Shown in pieces: positions 18,518 to 27,955 of a stretch of DNA of 64,000 bases. Position numbers and translations under genes: made by a program. Where the stretch lies: NCBI GenBank assembly GCA_027491115.1, contig JAIXWV010000035.1:170-64169 (forward strand), written 5' to 3'. Within the stretch, counting starts at the first letter, position 1. Each line of letters opens with the position of its first letter. The notes under the pieces were generated by a model, which saw nothing but the letters and a program-made list of their open reading frames with translations, was not told where the DNA came from and did not search any database. The DNA is from Pseudomonadota bacterium. Its GTDB lineage: Bacteria; Bdellovibrionota; UBA1018; CAIMNF01.

Positions 18518-20572
18518 TTAGATTCCGGCGCTGAGTCCGATCGAAAAGTTTCGTGGCATTGCAGGCTCGATGCCGTTGCTTCTCACCCTCGAGAAGTAGG
18601 ATTCATCGAGGAGATTGAAGACTCCGGCAAAAACCGTGATGCTCGTTCGTGGGATTTTGGCATCGATCGTGAAATCAAGCACCCGGTAAGACGGTATCCG
18701 TCGGTTGGAACTGTTTCCGTCATCTCCAAAGTGGTCGGAAACAAAGGTGTGGAGCAGGCTCGCCTTGGCGCGGTTTGTGAGATTCGAGTAGAGGCCGTTT
18801 TTGATGAGCCATTTCGGTGCATATTGCGGCGTTTTCCCGGATAGTGAACCCTCCTTGAAGCGGGCGTGAAGAGCGGTGAGGTTGCCGACCCAGTGAAGGT
18901 CCATGGATCCACGAAAAATCTCTAGGTCATACGCGGCTTCGAGCCCTTGGTGAATCGCCGCTCCGGTGTTCTGGAGGATGTTCCCAACCCGGCCGAACTG
19001 ATCCGAGTACGAGATCAAGAAGGCAGAGACATCCCAGGTGAGGCGCTCGCTCAGGCGATCACGTATCCCCGCTTCGAGCGTCCAAGCATTTGCTGGCTTC
19101 AGATCTTCACTGATCAAGTCTCCGTTATTCAAAGGAACGGTGTCTTGGAATGCCATTGGACGGTAACTCTGCGAAAGATTGAGGTAGGCCTCGTGCTGCG
19201 AGTCGAGTTTTTGTTCCACACCAAGGCCGAAAAGCGGCACATGGACCCATTCGGAAGTGTTGCGGAGCGGGACCACGCTCCCCGAGTTCAAGTTCTCGCG
19301 GATCGACTGGTAGATGTTCTCGATCCTGATTCCGGGAGTGATCGAAGTGTTCCCCCACTCAAATCGTTCCTCAAGGAAAAGGGATACGGTCCGGGTCTTC
19401 CTGTCGATGTTCTTCTGGGCCGTTCCCGACGAGGCATCTGCGCTACTTCCCTGTTCCTGGATGAAGGGGGAGTCCACGGCGTAAAGGAGTACGCCCGAAG
19501 ACAGGGTGTTTCGTTCTGCAAGGAAAGCGTGGTCCCATTTGATGCGGGTATCGCTCGCCAAGGTGTAGAAGCTTTGCTTCTGAATCGTATTGGAGGGAGC
19601 GTTTGGAGTCCCTCCAAACTGGGTGGCGGATCCGAGATTTTGCCGGTAGGAGTCACGAGTGAAACCACCCCCGTATAGCTGTGAGGTCAAAAGGAGCCCC
19701 GGGCTGCGTTCATTGCGGTACTCAAGTGAGCCGAAGTTCCGTCCGAGCTCGAGTCGGTCGTTGGGAGTGGTGGTCAAAGTGCGGTCGACGGCAGGAGACG
19801 CAAGTCCCCCCGGCTCACCGTGTTTGGATCCGTAGACATGGGCCGAAAGAGAGAGAGTCTCGCCCCTGCGGAAGGCGTGGAGCCAATTCATCCGGGCTTG
19901 GCCGATATTGTAGCGGCTGTTCGACTGCCGGAATCCGTCGCTGGAGCGGCTTTGTGCTTCAACCAAAATCGAATCTTTTCCGGAAACCGGAATTTGAGTG
20001 CCCAACGAGTAGGTATTCGAGTTGTAGGTTCCATTACGGAAACCGGACCACAGTTTGAACCCCTCACCGATTTTGGGTTTCCGCAGTTGATAAGAAACTG
20101 CCCCACTCGGCATCGGACCATACAGGAGTCCGGCGCCTCCTCGAAAAAATTCCGTGCGCTCAATCCACTCCGCGGGTGGCTGGTAGTAATTGGCCCCATA
20201 GCCGTACATGTCGGCAGCGAGAGGGACTCCATCCGCAACGAAGAGCAAATTTTGGGACTCGTGGGGATCTCCAAGTCCTCGAACACTCATGGAGGCGAAG
20301 CTCTCGTTGTTGACCTCGCTCACCATGATCCCGGGTGTGCGCGCAAATTGGTACCGATAGTTGTTGGTCGGAGCCACAGGGGCAGCGCTCGCATCGATGA
20401 CGATCACTTTCTTCCCCTTTTTGAGAGTGGTCTCACGTGTTTCCGAAACCATGGGCGATAAGGATTGACGCCAAGAGTCAGAGTCTCCCGTGACTTGGAT
20501 TTCAGGAAGAGTCAGATCATCTGCAGCCCAGGCAATCGGCATACGGATTGAGAGCAGAATCGAAACAATCAC
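18518..20572 (-). CDS. TonB-dependent receptor (FecA-like)
   Basis: TonB box-like EIQVTG, plug motifs SVRGL and FFRGGAGLLYGP, C-terminal NLLDESY..PAMPRNFSIGL; start moved to GTG 20572. Confidence 0.92.
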   Translation of the reverse strand: MIVSILLSIRMPIAWAADDLTLPEIQVTGDSDSWRQSLSPMVSETRETTLKKGKKVIVIDASAAPVAPTNNYRYQFARTPGIMVSEVNNESFASMSVRGLGDPHESQNLLFVADGVPLAADMYGYGANYYQPPAEWIERTEFFRGGAGLLYGPMPSGAVSYQLRKPKIGEGFKLWSGFRNGTYNSNTYSLGTQIPVSGKDSILVEAQSRSSDGFRQSNSRYNIGQARMNWLHAFRRGETLSLSAHVYGSKHGEPGGLASPAVDRTLTTTPNDRLELGRNFGSLEYRNERSPGLLLTSQLYGGGFTRDSYRQNLGSATQFGGTPNAPSNTIQKQSFYTLASDTRIKWDHAFLAERNTLSSGVLLYAVDSPFIQEQGSSADASSGTAQKNIDRKTRTVSLFLEERFEWGNTSITPGIRIENIYQSIRENLNSGSVVPLRNTSEWVHVPLFGLGVEQKLDSQHEAYLNLSQSYRPMAFQDTVPLNNGDLISEDLKPANAWTLEAGIRDRLSERLTWDVSAFLISYSDQFGRVGNILQNTGAAIHQGLEAAYDLEIFRGSMDLHWVGNLTALHARFKEGSLSGKTPQYAPKWLIKNGLYSNLTNRAKASLLHTFVSDHFGDDGNSSNRRIPSYRVLDFTIDAKIPRTSITVFAGVFNLLDESYFSRVRSNGIEPAMPRNFSIGLSAGI

Positions 20573-20587
20573 AAGGCCGATACCCTT

Positions 20588-20606
20588 ATTGATAATCATT
20601 ATCATT
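20588..20606. promoter_or_regulatory. Fur box
   Basis: ATTGATAAT-C-ATTATCATT, near-perfect 9-1-9 Fur consensus upstream of the TonB receptor. Confidence 0.8.
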
Positions 20607-20663
20607 AGGTATTAACTCGATTCAGAAACCCCGTCAAGGCGGAATTCGTGCTAGAGTCCGTGA

Positions 20664-20912
20664 ATGATTCCTGAACAACCAAGAAACTCATATCGCGTGA
20701 CGTTGGTTCTGCCCTATCGTGAGTCACGACTTGATGGAGTTTTGATGAAGGCTTTGCGTGAGCAGAAAGACAATCTCAAGTTGAGAGTATTAAGTCGGAC
20801 TGAGTTCAAGCAGCTCTTCAGGGACAAGCGTATTCTGATCAAGGGGCAGGCTGCGACTCCCTCGTCCAGTTTGGCGGCGGGGACCACTTACGTCGACATT
20901 CTTGGATTCTGA
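20664..20912 (+). CDS. Small hypothetical protein (S4-like)
   Basis: RLDGVL..LSRTEFKQLF..ILIKG pattern resembles the S4 motif. Confidence 0.55.
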   Translation: MIPEQPRNSYRVTLVLPYRESRLDGVLMKALREQKDNLKLRVLSRTEFKQLFRDKRILIKGQAATPSSSLAAGTTYVDILGF

Positions 20913-21904
20913 TTTTCTTCGAGCAGTTTTTTATCCATGTATCTGAACCATAGCGGGGGAATCAGAGCCAGAAGAATCATACCCGGATATCCGGTCGGCA
21001 TTTGAGGCGCATCTTCAAAGTGCCGGAGCAGGGGGTACTTGCGAGTTGCGTACGCGTGGTGATCAGAATGACGCGAAAGTTCGAACAGGACCAAGCGCGA
21101 CAGGGGATGGCTCGAGTTCCACGAATGTCGTGGCAGGACTTTCTCGTATCCACCTCCTTCGAGACGCTTTCGGCCAAGTCCGTAGTGTTCGATGTAATTC
21201 ACTGATTGAAGCAGGAGCGCGCCGATTCCTGCACTCATCACAAAAGCCAAGGCTGGAAACGTTCCGAATCCAAAATGAATTCCCGCGATCAGCCCTGCTT
21301 GTGCGAGGGTTCCCAAAGCCATTTCAACCGGATCCAATCTCCAAGCATTTCGGAATGCAAGCCACAGAGCCCGTATCCAAAAGCGGGGTAAGCTTTCTCC
21401 TTTTAATGCGCTTTCCGAGTCTTCAGGCGTAGCTACATGCTTGTGGTGCCCACGGTTGTGTTCCACATAGAATTGCCAATACAAGGAGGTCATGAGTAGC
21501 GACCGAGAGAGGATCCTTTCAAAACGCGATTTTCTATGCCCCAGTTCATGGGCTGCATTGATGCCAAGCACCCCGCAACAGATCCCAAACGAGAAAACCA
21601 ACCCGCAGGTCTCGAGTGTAGTCAGGTCAGAGGAACCAATCCGTGACATGCAAGCAAACAAGCATGCCCACTGGATAGGAACAGTAGCCCAGACAATCCA
21701 GTCGAAGGCCTTCGTACCATTCAGGCGCTCTTCCTCGTGAATGTGATGGTTTCTTCGGTCCGGCTTCAGTAGCAATTCGAGGCAAGGAAGAATTCCAAAG
21801 GCGTAGACCACGGTAAAAAAACTACCCACCCCTTCCGCCGTAAGAGACACGAGGAAGCTTGCAGGAATGGTCCATGCCATGAGGTATTTGAACGAATGGA
21901 TCAT
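20888..21904 (-). CDS. alkB: Alkane 1-monooxygenase
   Basis: His boxes AHELGHR, EHNRGHH, NYIEHYG, LSRHSDHH; APQMPTGY. Confidence 0.93.
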   Translation of the reverse strand: MIHSFKYLMAWTIPASFLVSLTAEGVGSFFTVVYAFGILPCLELLLKPDRRNHHIHEEERLNGTKAFDWIVWATVPIQWACLFACMSRIGSSDLTTLETCGLVFSFGICCGVLGINAAHELGHRKSRFERILSRSLLMTSLYWQFYVEHNRGHHKHVATPEDSESALKGESLPRFWIRALWLAFRNAWRLDPVEMALGTLAQAGLIAGIHFGFGTFPALAFVMSAGIGALLLQSVNYIEHYGLGRKRLEGGGYEKVLPRHSWNSSHPLSRLVLFELSRHSDHHAYATRKYPLLRHFEDAPQMPTGYPGMILLALIPPLWFRYMDKKLLEENQNPRMST

Positions 21905-23748
21905 TCCTTAGGTTTGGACAAAACGTCCTTCACATTAATGGAGGACGCTTGTTCCGGATTCAAGACCGTGTCGATCGGCTTGAATGTCGGTATCCCCGCA
22001 ATTTCGAAAAGTTGCTCTATTTTGATCCGGATTGAAACAGACCGGGCTACCTCGCATCGGATACTTCCATCAGCATCAGGTTTTGAACCTTTGGGACATT
22101 GCGTGATGATTGCAGCCCGGACGAGCACTGGGCAAAGATTCATTTCCTGGATGGAACTCGGGTACTTATTCCTTCTTCCTTTGGTATGGAACGACGCAGA
22201 AATGGAAACCGGAACTTGCAAGGAAGGATAGGGAGTTCCCATTGGATCGATACCGCTTTGAGAAGAGGCATGATCCTGCTGGATGGTTTTTTGCATCGCT
22301 TCGACCTTGAAGCGGGTCAGTGCCCCTCCCGGAGCCATGAATTCGCTAAATTGAGGACAGAGTGTGCCCTCACGGGAGTAAAATCCGGAAATGACGGATC
22401 CGATACGGACGACCTGCCCGGAGGGCAGAACCTCTGTTTTCGCACCGGTAGCTGCCAACAGGATGGCGTTCATCTGTCCGCCATCATGATCCCAATCCTT
22501 ACTGGCCCAGAGTGAATCGAAATCAGTGTTCTGAGTTTCGATACAGTCGAGCCTGTGATCGGCCTGATTCGCTTTCGAACCAGGATTCATGCAACATCCG
22601 AGCTTCCGATTGATCCTGGAATTGTAATCAAGGTACGAGTTTTGGTCGCACGCATGCTTCACGTATGATTCGGAGCAGCCCGCTGATCCGATTACGCACG
22701 GGGGAGACCAGGCCGGACCCGCTCCTGCGCCGCCTGTGGCACCGCCTGTGGCACCGCCTGTAGCACCGCCTGTAGCACCGCCTGTGGTACCGCCTGTAGC
22801 ACCGCCTGTGGCACCGCCTGTGGCACCGCCTGTGGCACCGCCTGTAGCACCGCCTGTAGCACCGCCTGTAGCACCGCCTGTGGCACCGCCTGTAGCACCG
22901 CCTGTGGCACCGCCCGTGCTTCCACCGGTACTACCGCCGGTTGTGCCACCACCCATTGGAGTTGGAGTGGGCGTCGGAGTTGCCGATGGTGTCGGTGACG
23001 GACTTGGAGAAGGAGATGGACTCGGGGAGGGACTTGGAGAAGGAGAAGGGCTGGGAGTCGGATTGTTACAGGTTGCAATCGGCTGACAACTCGAGCGTCC
23101 GAAGCTGGAAGTGTAATTCACGGGATTGTTGCAAAAGCCGTTTGCCACGACTGCATCATCGTAACCATCAGAGTTCGAGTCATTTCCCGTGGCGATGGCA
23201 GAGAACGTAGAGTTAGCCCAAAGGTGATCACACTCGGAGTTGTAATCCACCCCTACGCGCTTACATTTGTCTGCCGTGCAAGCAGCGCCGGTTGGGAGGT
23301 AAAATGAATCACAACACATGGTGTTCCCGAACTTTCTCCACCCGGAATCCTGGTCGTAAATATTCGGGCCGCTAAAGCCGCAGCCACCTTCTCCTGTGGT
23401 CCCCTCGACAGTCGCTGCAAGGATGGCGTTCCTGCAGGCTGCCGGAAATGTGGTCCAAGTTCCATATAGAGCGCTCGGGTCGACACAGGCTTTGGGTTTA
23501 TTGCTTCCGCCCGTAGAGATGAATTGGGTTCCCGCTTTCATGGGCACCGATGAACAGGCGCCTTTGAATGTGTTCGATCCAGGAGCCGAAAGCTCGATTG
23601 AGTAACCGATACCAAAAGACTCGGGGGCCGTACAGCTACAGTTCATCCCGGGAACGGCATTGGCGTAGTCCGCAAACAAAACGAACAAAAGAGTGAAATA
23701 GATCTGAATCAATGTACCTTTACCCATTCCAATTCCCCCTCTTCTCAT
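21901..23748 (-). CDS. Secreted Cys-rich protein with (PS)n and (GGAT)n linker
   Basis: Signal peptide; two Cys-rich domains separated by low-complexity repeats. Confidence 0.75.
   Translation of the reverse strand: MRRGGIGMGKGTLIQIYFTLLFVLFADYANAVPGMNCSCTAPESFGIGYSIELSAPGSNTFKGACSSVPMKAGTQFISTGGSNKPKACVDPSALYGTWTTFPAACRNAILAATVEGTTGEGGCGFSGPNIYDQDSGWRKFGNTMCCDSFYLPTGAACTADKCKRVGVDYNSECDHLWANSTFSAIATGNDSNSDGYDDAVVANGFCNNPVNYTSSFGRSSCQPIATCNNPTPSPSPSPSPSPSPSPSPSPSPTPSATPTPTPTPMGGGTTGGSTGGSTGGATGGATGGATGGATGGATGGATGGATGGATGGATGGATGGTTGGATGGATGGATGGATGGAGAGPAWSPPCVIGSAGCSESYVKHACDQNSYLDYNSRINRKLGCCMNPGSKANQADHRLDCIETQNTDFDSLWASKDWDHDGGQMNAILLAATGAKTEVLPSGQVVRIGSVISGFYSREGTLCPQFSEFMAPGGALTRFKVEAMQKTIQQDHASSQSGIDPMGTPYPSLQVPVSISASFHTKGRRNKYPSSIQEMNLCPVLVRAAIITQCPKGSKPDADGSIRCEVARSVSIRIKIEQLFEIAGIPTFKPIDTVLNPEQASSINVKDVLSKPKE
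22729..22952. repeat. 12-bp coding tandem repeat (GCACCGCCTGTR)n
   Basis: About 18 copies including variants, encoding GGAT units on the - strand. Confidence 0.95.
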
Positions 23749-23792
23749 TATAGGGCAGAAATGACACAGGTGGAATCGCTTAGTTCCAACAT

Positions 23793-24158
23793 TTAAGCAG
23801 CTTGAACGTCCTTCATTCTATGAAAAGAGTAGAGAAGCTGGAGCGTTTCAGAGATTTGCTCCGAGCGAAAAGGTTTCTCAATCATGAAGTTTGTTCGCCC
23901 ACGAGTAACTCCTGACATTCTAGCGACTGGCTTTTCGCTCATGACTTGCCGGAGTGCTTGATCGAGCAGGTGCTGCTCAGGCATTTGGATGTCGGAAATG
24001 ATCAGATCCGAGGTTGGGATCAATTTCAGGGCCTCCCGCACACTCGTGGTTGTGATGACGTCCAACCTTTGAGTCAGACCCAAGATGATGTCCTTTAGAA
24101 TTTCACAGATGAGCGGTTCGTCATCGATGATCAGCAGCACAGGTTTTTTCGGAGTCAC
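23793..24158 (-). CDS. Single-domain response regulator
   Basis: LIIDDE, ISDIQMP, KPF. Confidence 0.9.
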   Translation of the reverse strand: MTPKKPVLLIIDDEPLICEILKDIILGLTQRLDVITTTSVREALKLIPTSDLIISDIQMPEQHLLDQALRQVMSEKPVARMSGVTRGRTNFMIEKPFRSEQISETLQLLYSFHRMKDVQAA

Positions 24159-24213
24159 ATGGCGATCCCTCTGATAATCGGATCGGCAAAACCTTGGCGG
24201 ATCTTGAGGGAAA

Positions 24214-24696
24214 TCAGAGTTCCTGGAATTGATCCAAAATAACTGGAATTTGATCGTGTCGGGTCTTGGCCAGCAGGATCAAACGAACGGCCTCGCTTTG
24301 GCGGATCTTCCCCTGCTGGAGTAAAGTACACAAAGTGCCTTCAACCGGATCGGTGAGAGTGTAGATCTCTGGGTGTTGGGGCCAAAGATTGTCCATCTCA
24401 TTGCTCCCGCCCATACAGAGGGGAATCAGGTGGTCGATCTTGAAGTTTCTTCTTCCTTGCTGCGCAATTCTTGTGCCCAGGGTGCGGTCATAGAGAGCAA
24501 CTACTTGGTCTTTCCTCTCGGACTTTACCGCACGTGCACAATAAGCGATGCGCTCAGGGTACCGGTATTCACTGGGGGTTTTGCACATGGATCCCGGAGT
24601 GAGTCTGGAATTTGGGATACGAGGCCAAGGCTCAGCAGCGTTCGCAGTGAGGGCAATCCCGAGAGCCAAACAAATGAGAGCGGTGATGACTTTCAT
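24214..24696 (-). CDS. Secreted HNH-type nuclease-like protein
   Basis: Signal peptide; IDHLIPLCMGGSN..NLWPQ. Confidence 0.75.
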   Translation of the reverse strand: MKVITALICLALGIALTANAAEPWPRIPNSRLTPGSMCKTPSEYRYPERIAYCARAVKSERKDQVVALYDRTLGTRIAQQGRRNFKIDHLIPLCMGGSNEMDNLWPQHPEIYTLTDPVEGTLCTLLQQGKIRQSEAVRLILLAKTRHDQIPVILDQFQEL

Positions 24697-24737
24697 TTTT
24701 ACTCCCTGTGTAATAGCATCCCGAAGTTCAGAGTTCA

Positions 24738-25664
24738 ATGTGTTATTCAGCAATGATCGAATCATCGGTCCGGGAGTTGTCTCTCCGCTACCAGGCGCGG
24801 GTGGACCTGAGTGCTTTCGAGGGTCTTTATGAGGAGCAGGAGAAGACCAATAAGCTTAAGTTATTGAAAGGCCTTGAGAGTTTCGTCTTGTCCGAGGTCC
24901 CTGATCGTCGGGCCATCGTTCAAGGGCGTTTGGAGAGTCTGATGGCTCGCCAAAAAGCAAAACTCCTTGCGGACTTGGCCTCGCAGGAGGAGCGTCTCGC
25001 TCGTGCCAGTTCCCAATTGGCCGAAAAAGAGACCAAGTCGCTCATCAACGAAGCCCGAATTGCCAAAAACAAGGTGAATCAGATCCGGGAGCGAATCGAT
25101 GAGCTGGGACGGCAAGCACCAGAGACCGAGCGGATTTTCCCGGGTGTATTCGCACCGCTGATTGTGTCGCACGAGGGGAAGCGCTGGATCCGGCCATTTC
25201 GATACCAATTGCGTCCATCAGGCGAAACCGAGATCTTCGACCGTAAATTCAACGGCACTTACAACGTCCGGAGGGACCGACTGCACGAGGTCCGTTGGTG
25301 GAAGAATCTATACGGAAAGAATCATGGATTGTTGGTGATGAGACGGTTCTACGAGCATGTAGAAACGCCTGACGGAGACTCAATGATTTTGGAGTTCCGT
25401 GAGGAACTCGAAAAGGACCTGTTGGTTCCGTGTTTGTATGACCGGAACGAAGTGGGACCTTTTCCGTTGGACTCATTTGGTCTGATCACAGATGACCCGA
25501 ACCCGGAGGTGCTCGCGGCGGGTCATGATCGAACGCCGCTCGTGATCCATCCAGAGTCGATCGATGAGTGGCTCGATACCCGCGGTTCTGGCAAGACAGA
25601 GAAATACGACAGAATTCTCTGTCGAAAATTCCCGACCCTTTTTTCGCACCGGCCATCACGTTGA
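24738..25664 (+). CDS. SOS response-associated peptidase (SRAP/HMCES family)
   Basis: N-terminal M-C, YNVR, FYE, GHDRTP; coiled-coil insertion. Confidence 0.88.
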   Translation: MCYSAMIESSVRELSLRYQARVDLSAFEGLYEEQEKTNKLKLLKGLESFVLSEVPDRRAIVQGRLESLMARQKAKLLADLASQEERLARASSQLAEKETKSLINEARIAKNKVNQIRERIDELGRQAPETERIFPGVFAPLIVSHEGKRWIRPFRYQLRPSGETEIFDRKFNGTYNVRRDRLHEVRWWKNLYGKNHGLLVMRRFYEHVETPDGDSMILEFREELEKDLLVPCLYDRNEVGPFPLDSFGLITDDPNPEVLAAGHDRTPLVIHPESIDEWLDTRGSGKTEKYDRILCRKFPTLFSHRPSR

Positions 25665-26528
25665 TCATTCGCCGAACCGGTACTCGAGTCCCACCTTGAG
25701 CAGGGTCGTCGGATTCACTTTGAAGTTCACCTGTTCGAGCCCGGCCACCACAGCGGCTTTTCCCCGATAAAAATCGTAGCCTGTGTCGAGATGGAAGGAA
25801 GGGGCAGTGGCAGAACCGAGCCAGCTGTGAACGCCGACCCTGGGTTCAACACGGAATCGATCGAAATTCTTCAATCTCAGTCTCATTCCTGCAGATGCCG
25901 AAATGACCCAGACCACGGGTTTGACCGAATCGCGGGATTTCAGTCCGCCCCATGACAAAGCGCCCACCCATTCTGTGAACTCACCACGCCGATACCCCGG
26001 TGAGTAGCTGAAGAACCCGGTTCCGACCTGTCCACCGGATTTCTGGAACACACCGGCGCCAAGAGCCTGTCCTCTTTTCAAGATCCATCGTGGAGATTCG
26101 TTATCGACACGATCTCCGCGAATGAAAGTGATTCGATTCAATACCTTCCCGTCGGGATCGAAAAAGGTCCAGACACCGTCGGGTTGGTTATCAGTCCAAG
26201 TACCCTCGTCCAAGACCGCTCCGCTTTTCGAATAACGTTTCCAGAGTCCATTCATTTTCCCGTGATTGAATTCTCCGGACCGGGTCAAGACCCCCTCTTC
26301 CCGCAGAACATAGGGGCCATGACGGAGTCCGTCTTTTTCGCACCACTCTCCGACGGCTCCGGTTTCGGATGTTTCCTCGACATGGACGGACCCCTCGGGA
26401 CAGCTGACGGGGCTGGCGAACAGGGGTAATGGAATCAAAAGCGAAAACGCGATGGCGAGTCTGCCTCGCACCGAGAGCATGAGACTTAGAATACTCGAAT
26501 TTAATGGCATGGGTACTGTGTCAATCAA
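25665..26528 (-). CDS. Exported MORN-variant repeat protein with C-terminal beta-rich domain
   Basis: G..NG.W..Y...G repeats; C-terminal KVGLEYRF. Confidence 0.65.
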   Translation of the reverse strand: MIDTVPMPLNSSILSLMLSVRGRLAIAFSLLIPLPLFASPVSCPEGSVHVEETSETGAVGEWCEKDGLRHGPYVLREEGVLTRSGEFNHGKMNGLWKRYSKSGAVLDEGTWTDNQPDGVWTFFDPDGKVLNRITFIRGDRVDNESPRWILKRGQALGAGVFQKSGGQVGTGFFSYSPGYRRGEFTEWVGALSWGGLKSRDSVKPVVWVISASAGMRLRLKNFDRFRVEPRVGVHSWLGSATAPSFHLDTGYDFYRGKAAVVAGLEQVNFKVNPTTLLKVGLEYRFGE

Positions 26529-26589
26529 GACAGTTGAGGCTAAATTTTTCGGGAGTTATACTGAAACGGTACCCTGAAAAGGAGAGCTC

Positions 26590-27162
26590 ATGATCTGGAT
26601 CGGCGTAGCTGTGTTTTTGATTTTGGTGGTCGGGATTTTTGTTACGGTGGTGATCTCCGTATATAACGGGATCGTGGCTCTCAAGAATCAGGTGGATCGG
26701 GCATGGGCCAATATCGATGTGGTGCTCAAGCAACGGTATGATGAAATTCCCCAATTGGTTCAGGTTTTGGAACAGGCTGCCCAGTATGAAAAATCCGTGA
26801 TTCAGAAGGTGATGGATGCCCGTGCACGATACGGATCAGCGCGGAGCCCGGACGAGAAGGTGGGCGCTTCTCAGGAGATGTCTCTTGCGCTGAGAGGGGT
26901 GTTTGCCATCGGAGAAGCCTACCCGGAGCTCAAGTCCAATTCCAACTTCACGCATCTTCAGAACCGCTTGAGTTCGCTCGAGGAACAGCTCACCGACCGG
27001 CGCGAAGTTTACAATGAGGCGGTCACCAACTGGAACACCCGGATTGCACAGTTTCCGGAGATCCTGTTCCGTTCATTCATGACTCTCCAGGAGAGGGTCC
27101 TCTTTCAGGTGACCGAGCAGGAAAAGTCACGCCCCAACCTGAAAATGAATCTCGGAAACTGA
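26590..27162 (+). CDS. lemA: LemA family protein
   Basis: YNG..AWANIDV.LKQRYD.IP, EAYPELKS, RR..YN..V..N. Confidence 0.95.
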   Translation: MIWIGVAVFLILVVGIFVTVVISVYNGIVALKNQVDRAWANIDVVLKQRYDEIPQLVQVLEQAAQYEKSVIQKVMDARARYGSARSPDEKVGASQEMSLALRGVFAIGEAYPELKSNSNFTHLQNRLSSLEEQLTDRREVYNEAVTNWNTRIAQFPEILFRSFMTLQERVLFQVTEQEKSRPNLKMNLGN

Positions 27163-27165
27163 ACT

Positions 27166-27951
27166 GTGGCCAAAGACAACTTGTTGCAGTTTGCCGTGTT
27201 CGGTCTGATCACCGGCGGTGCCCTGATGATCCGGGGATACCGGAAGTTCAGGATTCGCAGGAAGATCGAGGATCTTCCCACGAGTCGTATTGCCCAGGCC
27301 GCACAAGGGCTCGTGGAGTTTGAAGGAAAGGCCCGACCTTATGGTGGTAAAGTCTTCACCTCTGTGGACGGGCTACCCACTCTTTATTCCAGGGTGACGA
27401 TCGAGGAGTATCGCTCAAACGGAAAGAACTCTCGTTGGGAGACCCGCTGGACCTATGAGTTGGGTGAACGTTTTCTGATCGAAGACACCACCGGGGTGGC
27501 TCACGTGATGGTCAAGGGAGCGGAGCTGCATTTGAAGCGCGAGATTCGCCAGTGGGACTTGATCGATCCGATCCGGAAGCGTACTTTTTTGGCGGATTCA
27601 GTCGGAAAGATTTCATCTCCGGGTGCGATGAGCTCCGGTGAGTGGCGGGTGACGGAAGAGAAGGTGACTCTCGATGAGGAATTGCTGGTGATCGGGAATT
27701 TCAGGACCCGTCAAAATGAGCCAGAGGTGGTGATTCGAACTCCGGGGAACCAGGTTCCAGAGCGCAAGGTGAAGTCTTCGGGCGGATTGATGCGGGACGC
27801 GGTCCATCCCTTGATTCTGGCTGACGGGACCCAGCAAGAGGTGCTTTCCCGGGTCAATCACGGGGTCCCGATCATGATTCTTGGGGCTGCGGCTGTCAGT
27901 GTAGGGGTGGTGTTAACTGTAATGGAGATTTGGGGTTTCCAACAGTCTTGA
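27166..27951 (+). CDS. GIDE-like domain membrane protein
   Basis: IEDLPTSRI..GLVE..G, F.IED.TG, N- and C-terminal TM helices; follows lemA. Confidence 0.65.
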   Translation: MAKDNLLQFAVFGLITGGALMIRGYRKFRIRRKIEDLPTSRIAQAAQGLVEFEGKARPYGGKVFTSVDGLPTLYSRVTIEEYRSNGKNSRWETRWTYELGERFLIEDTTGVAHVMVKGAELHLKREIRQWDLIDPIRKRTFLADSVGKISSPGAMSSGEWRVTEEKVTLDEELLVIGNFRTRQNEPEVVIRTPGNQVPERKVKSSGGLMRDAVHPLILADGTQQEVLSRVNHGVPIMILGAAAVSVGVVLTVMEIWGFQQS

Positions 27952-27955
27952 CAGG

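Noticed and set aside
22692-23086. ORFs encoding (PPVA)n and (QAVP/L)n
   Set aside because: Alternative-frame shadows of the 12-bp repeat inside the 21901-23748 gene.
25665-26528. YwqK-type antitoxin as part of a toxin-antitoxin pair
   Set aside because: MORN-variant repeats are generic, the protein is exported and no cognate toxin is adjacent.
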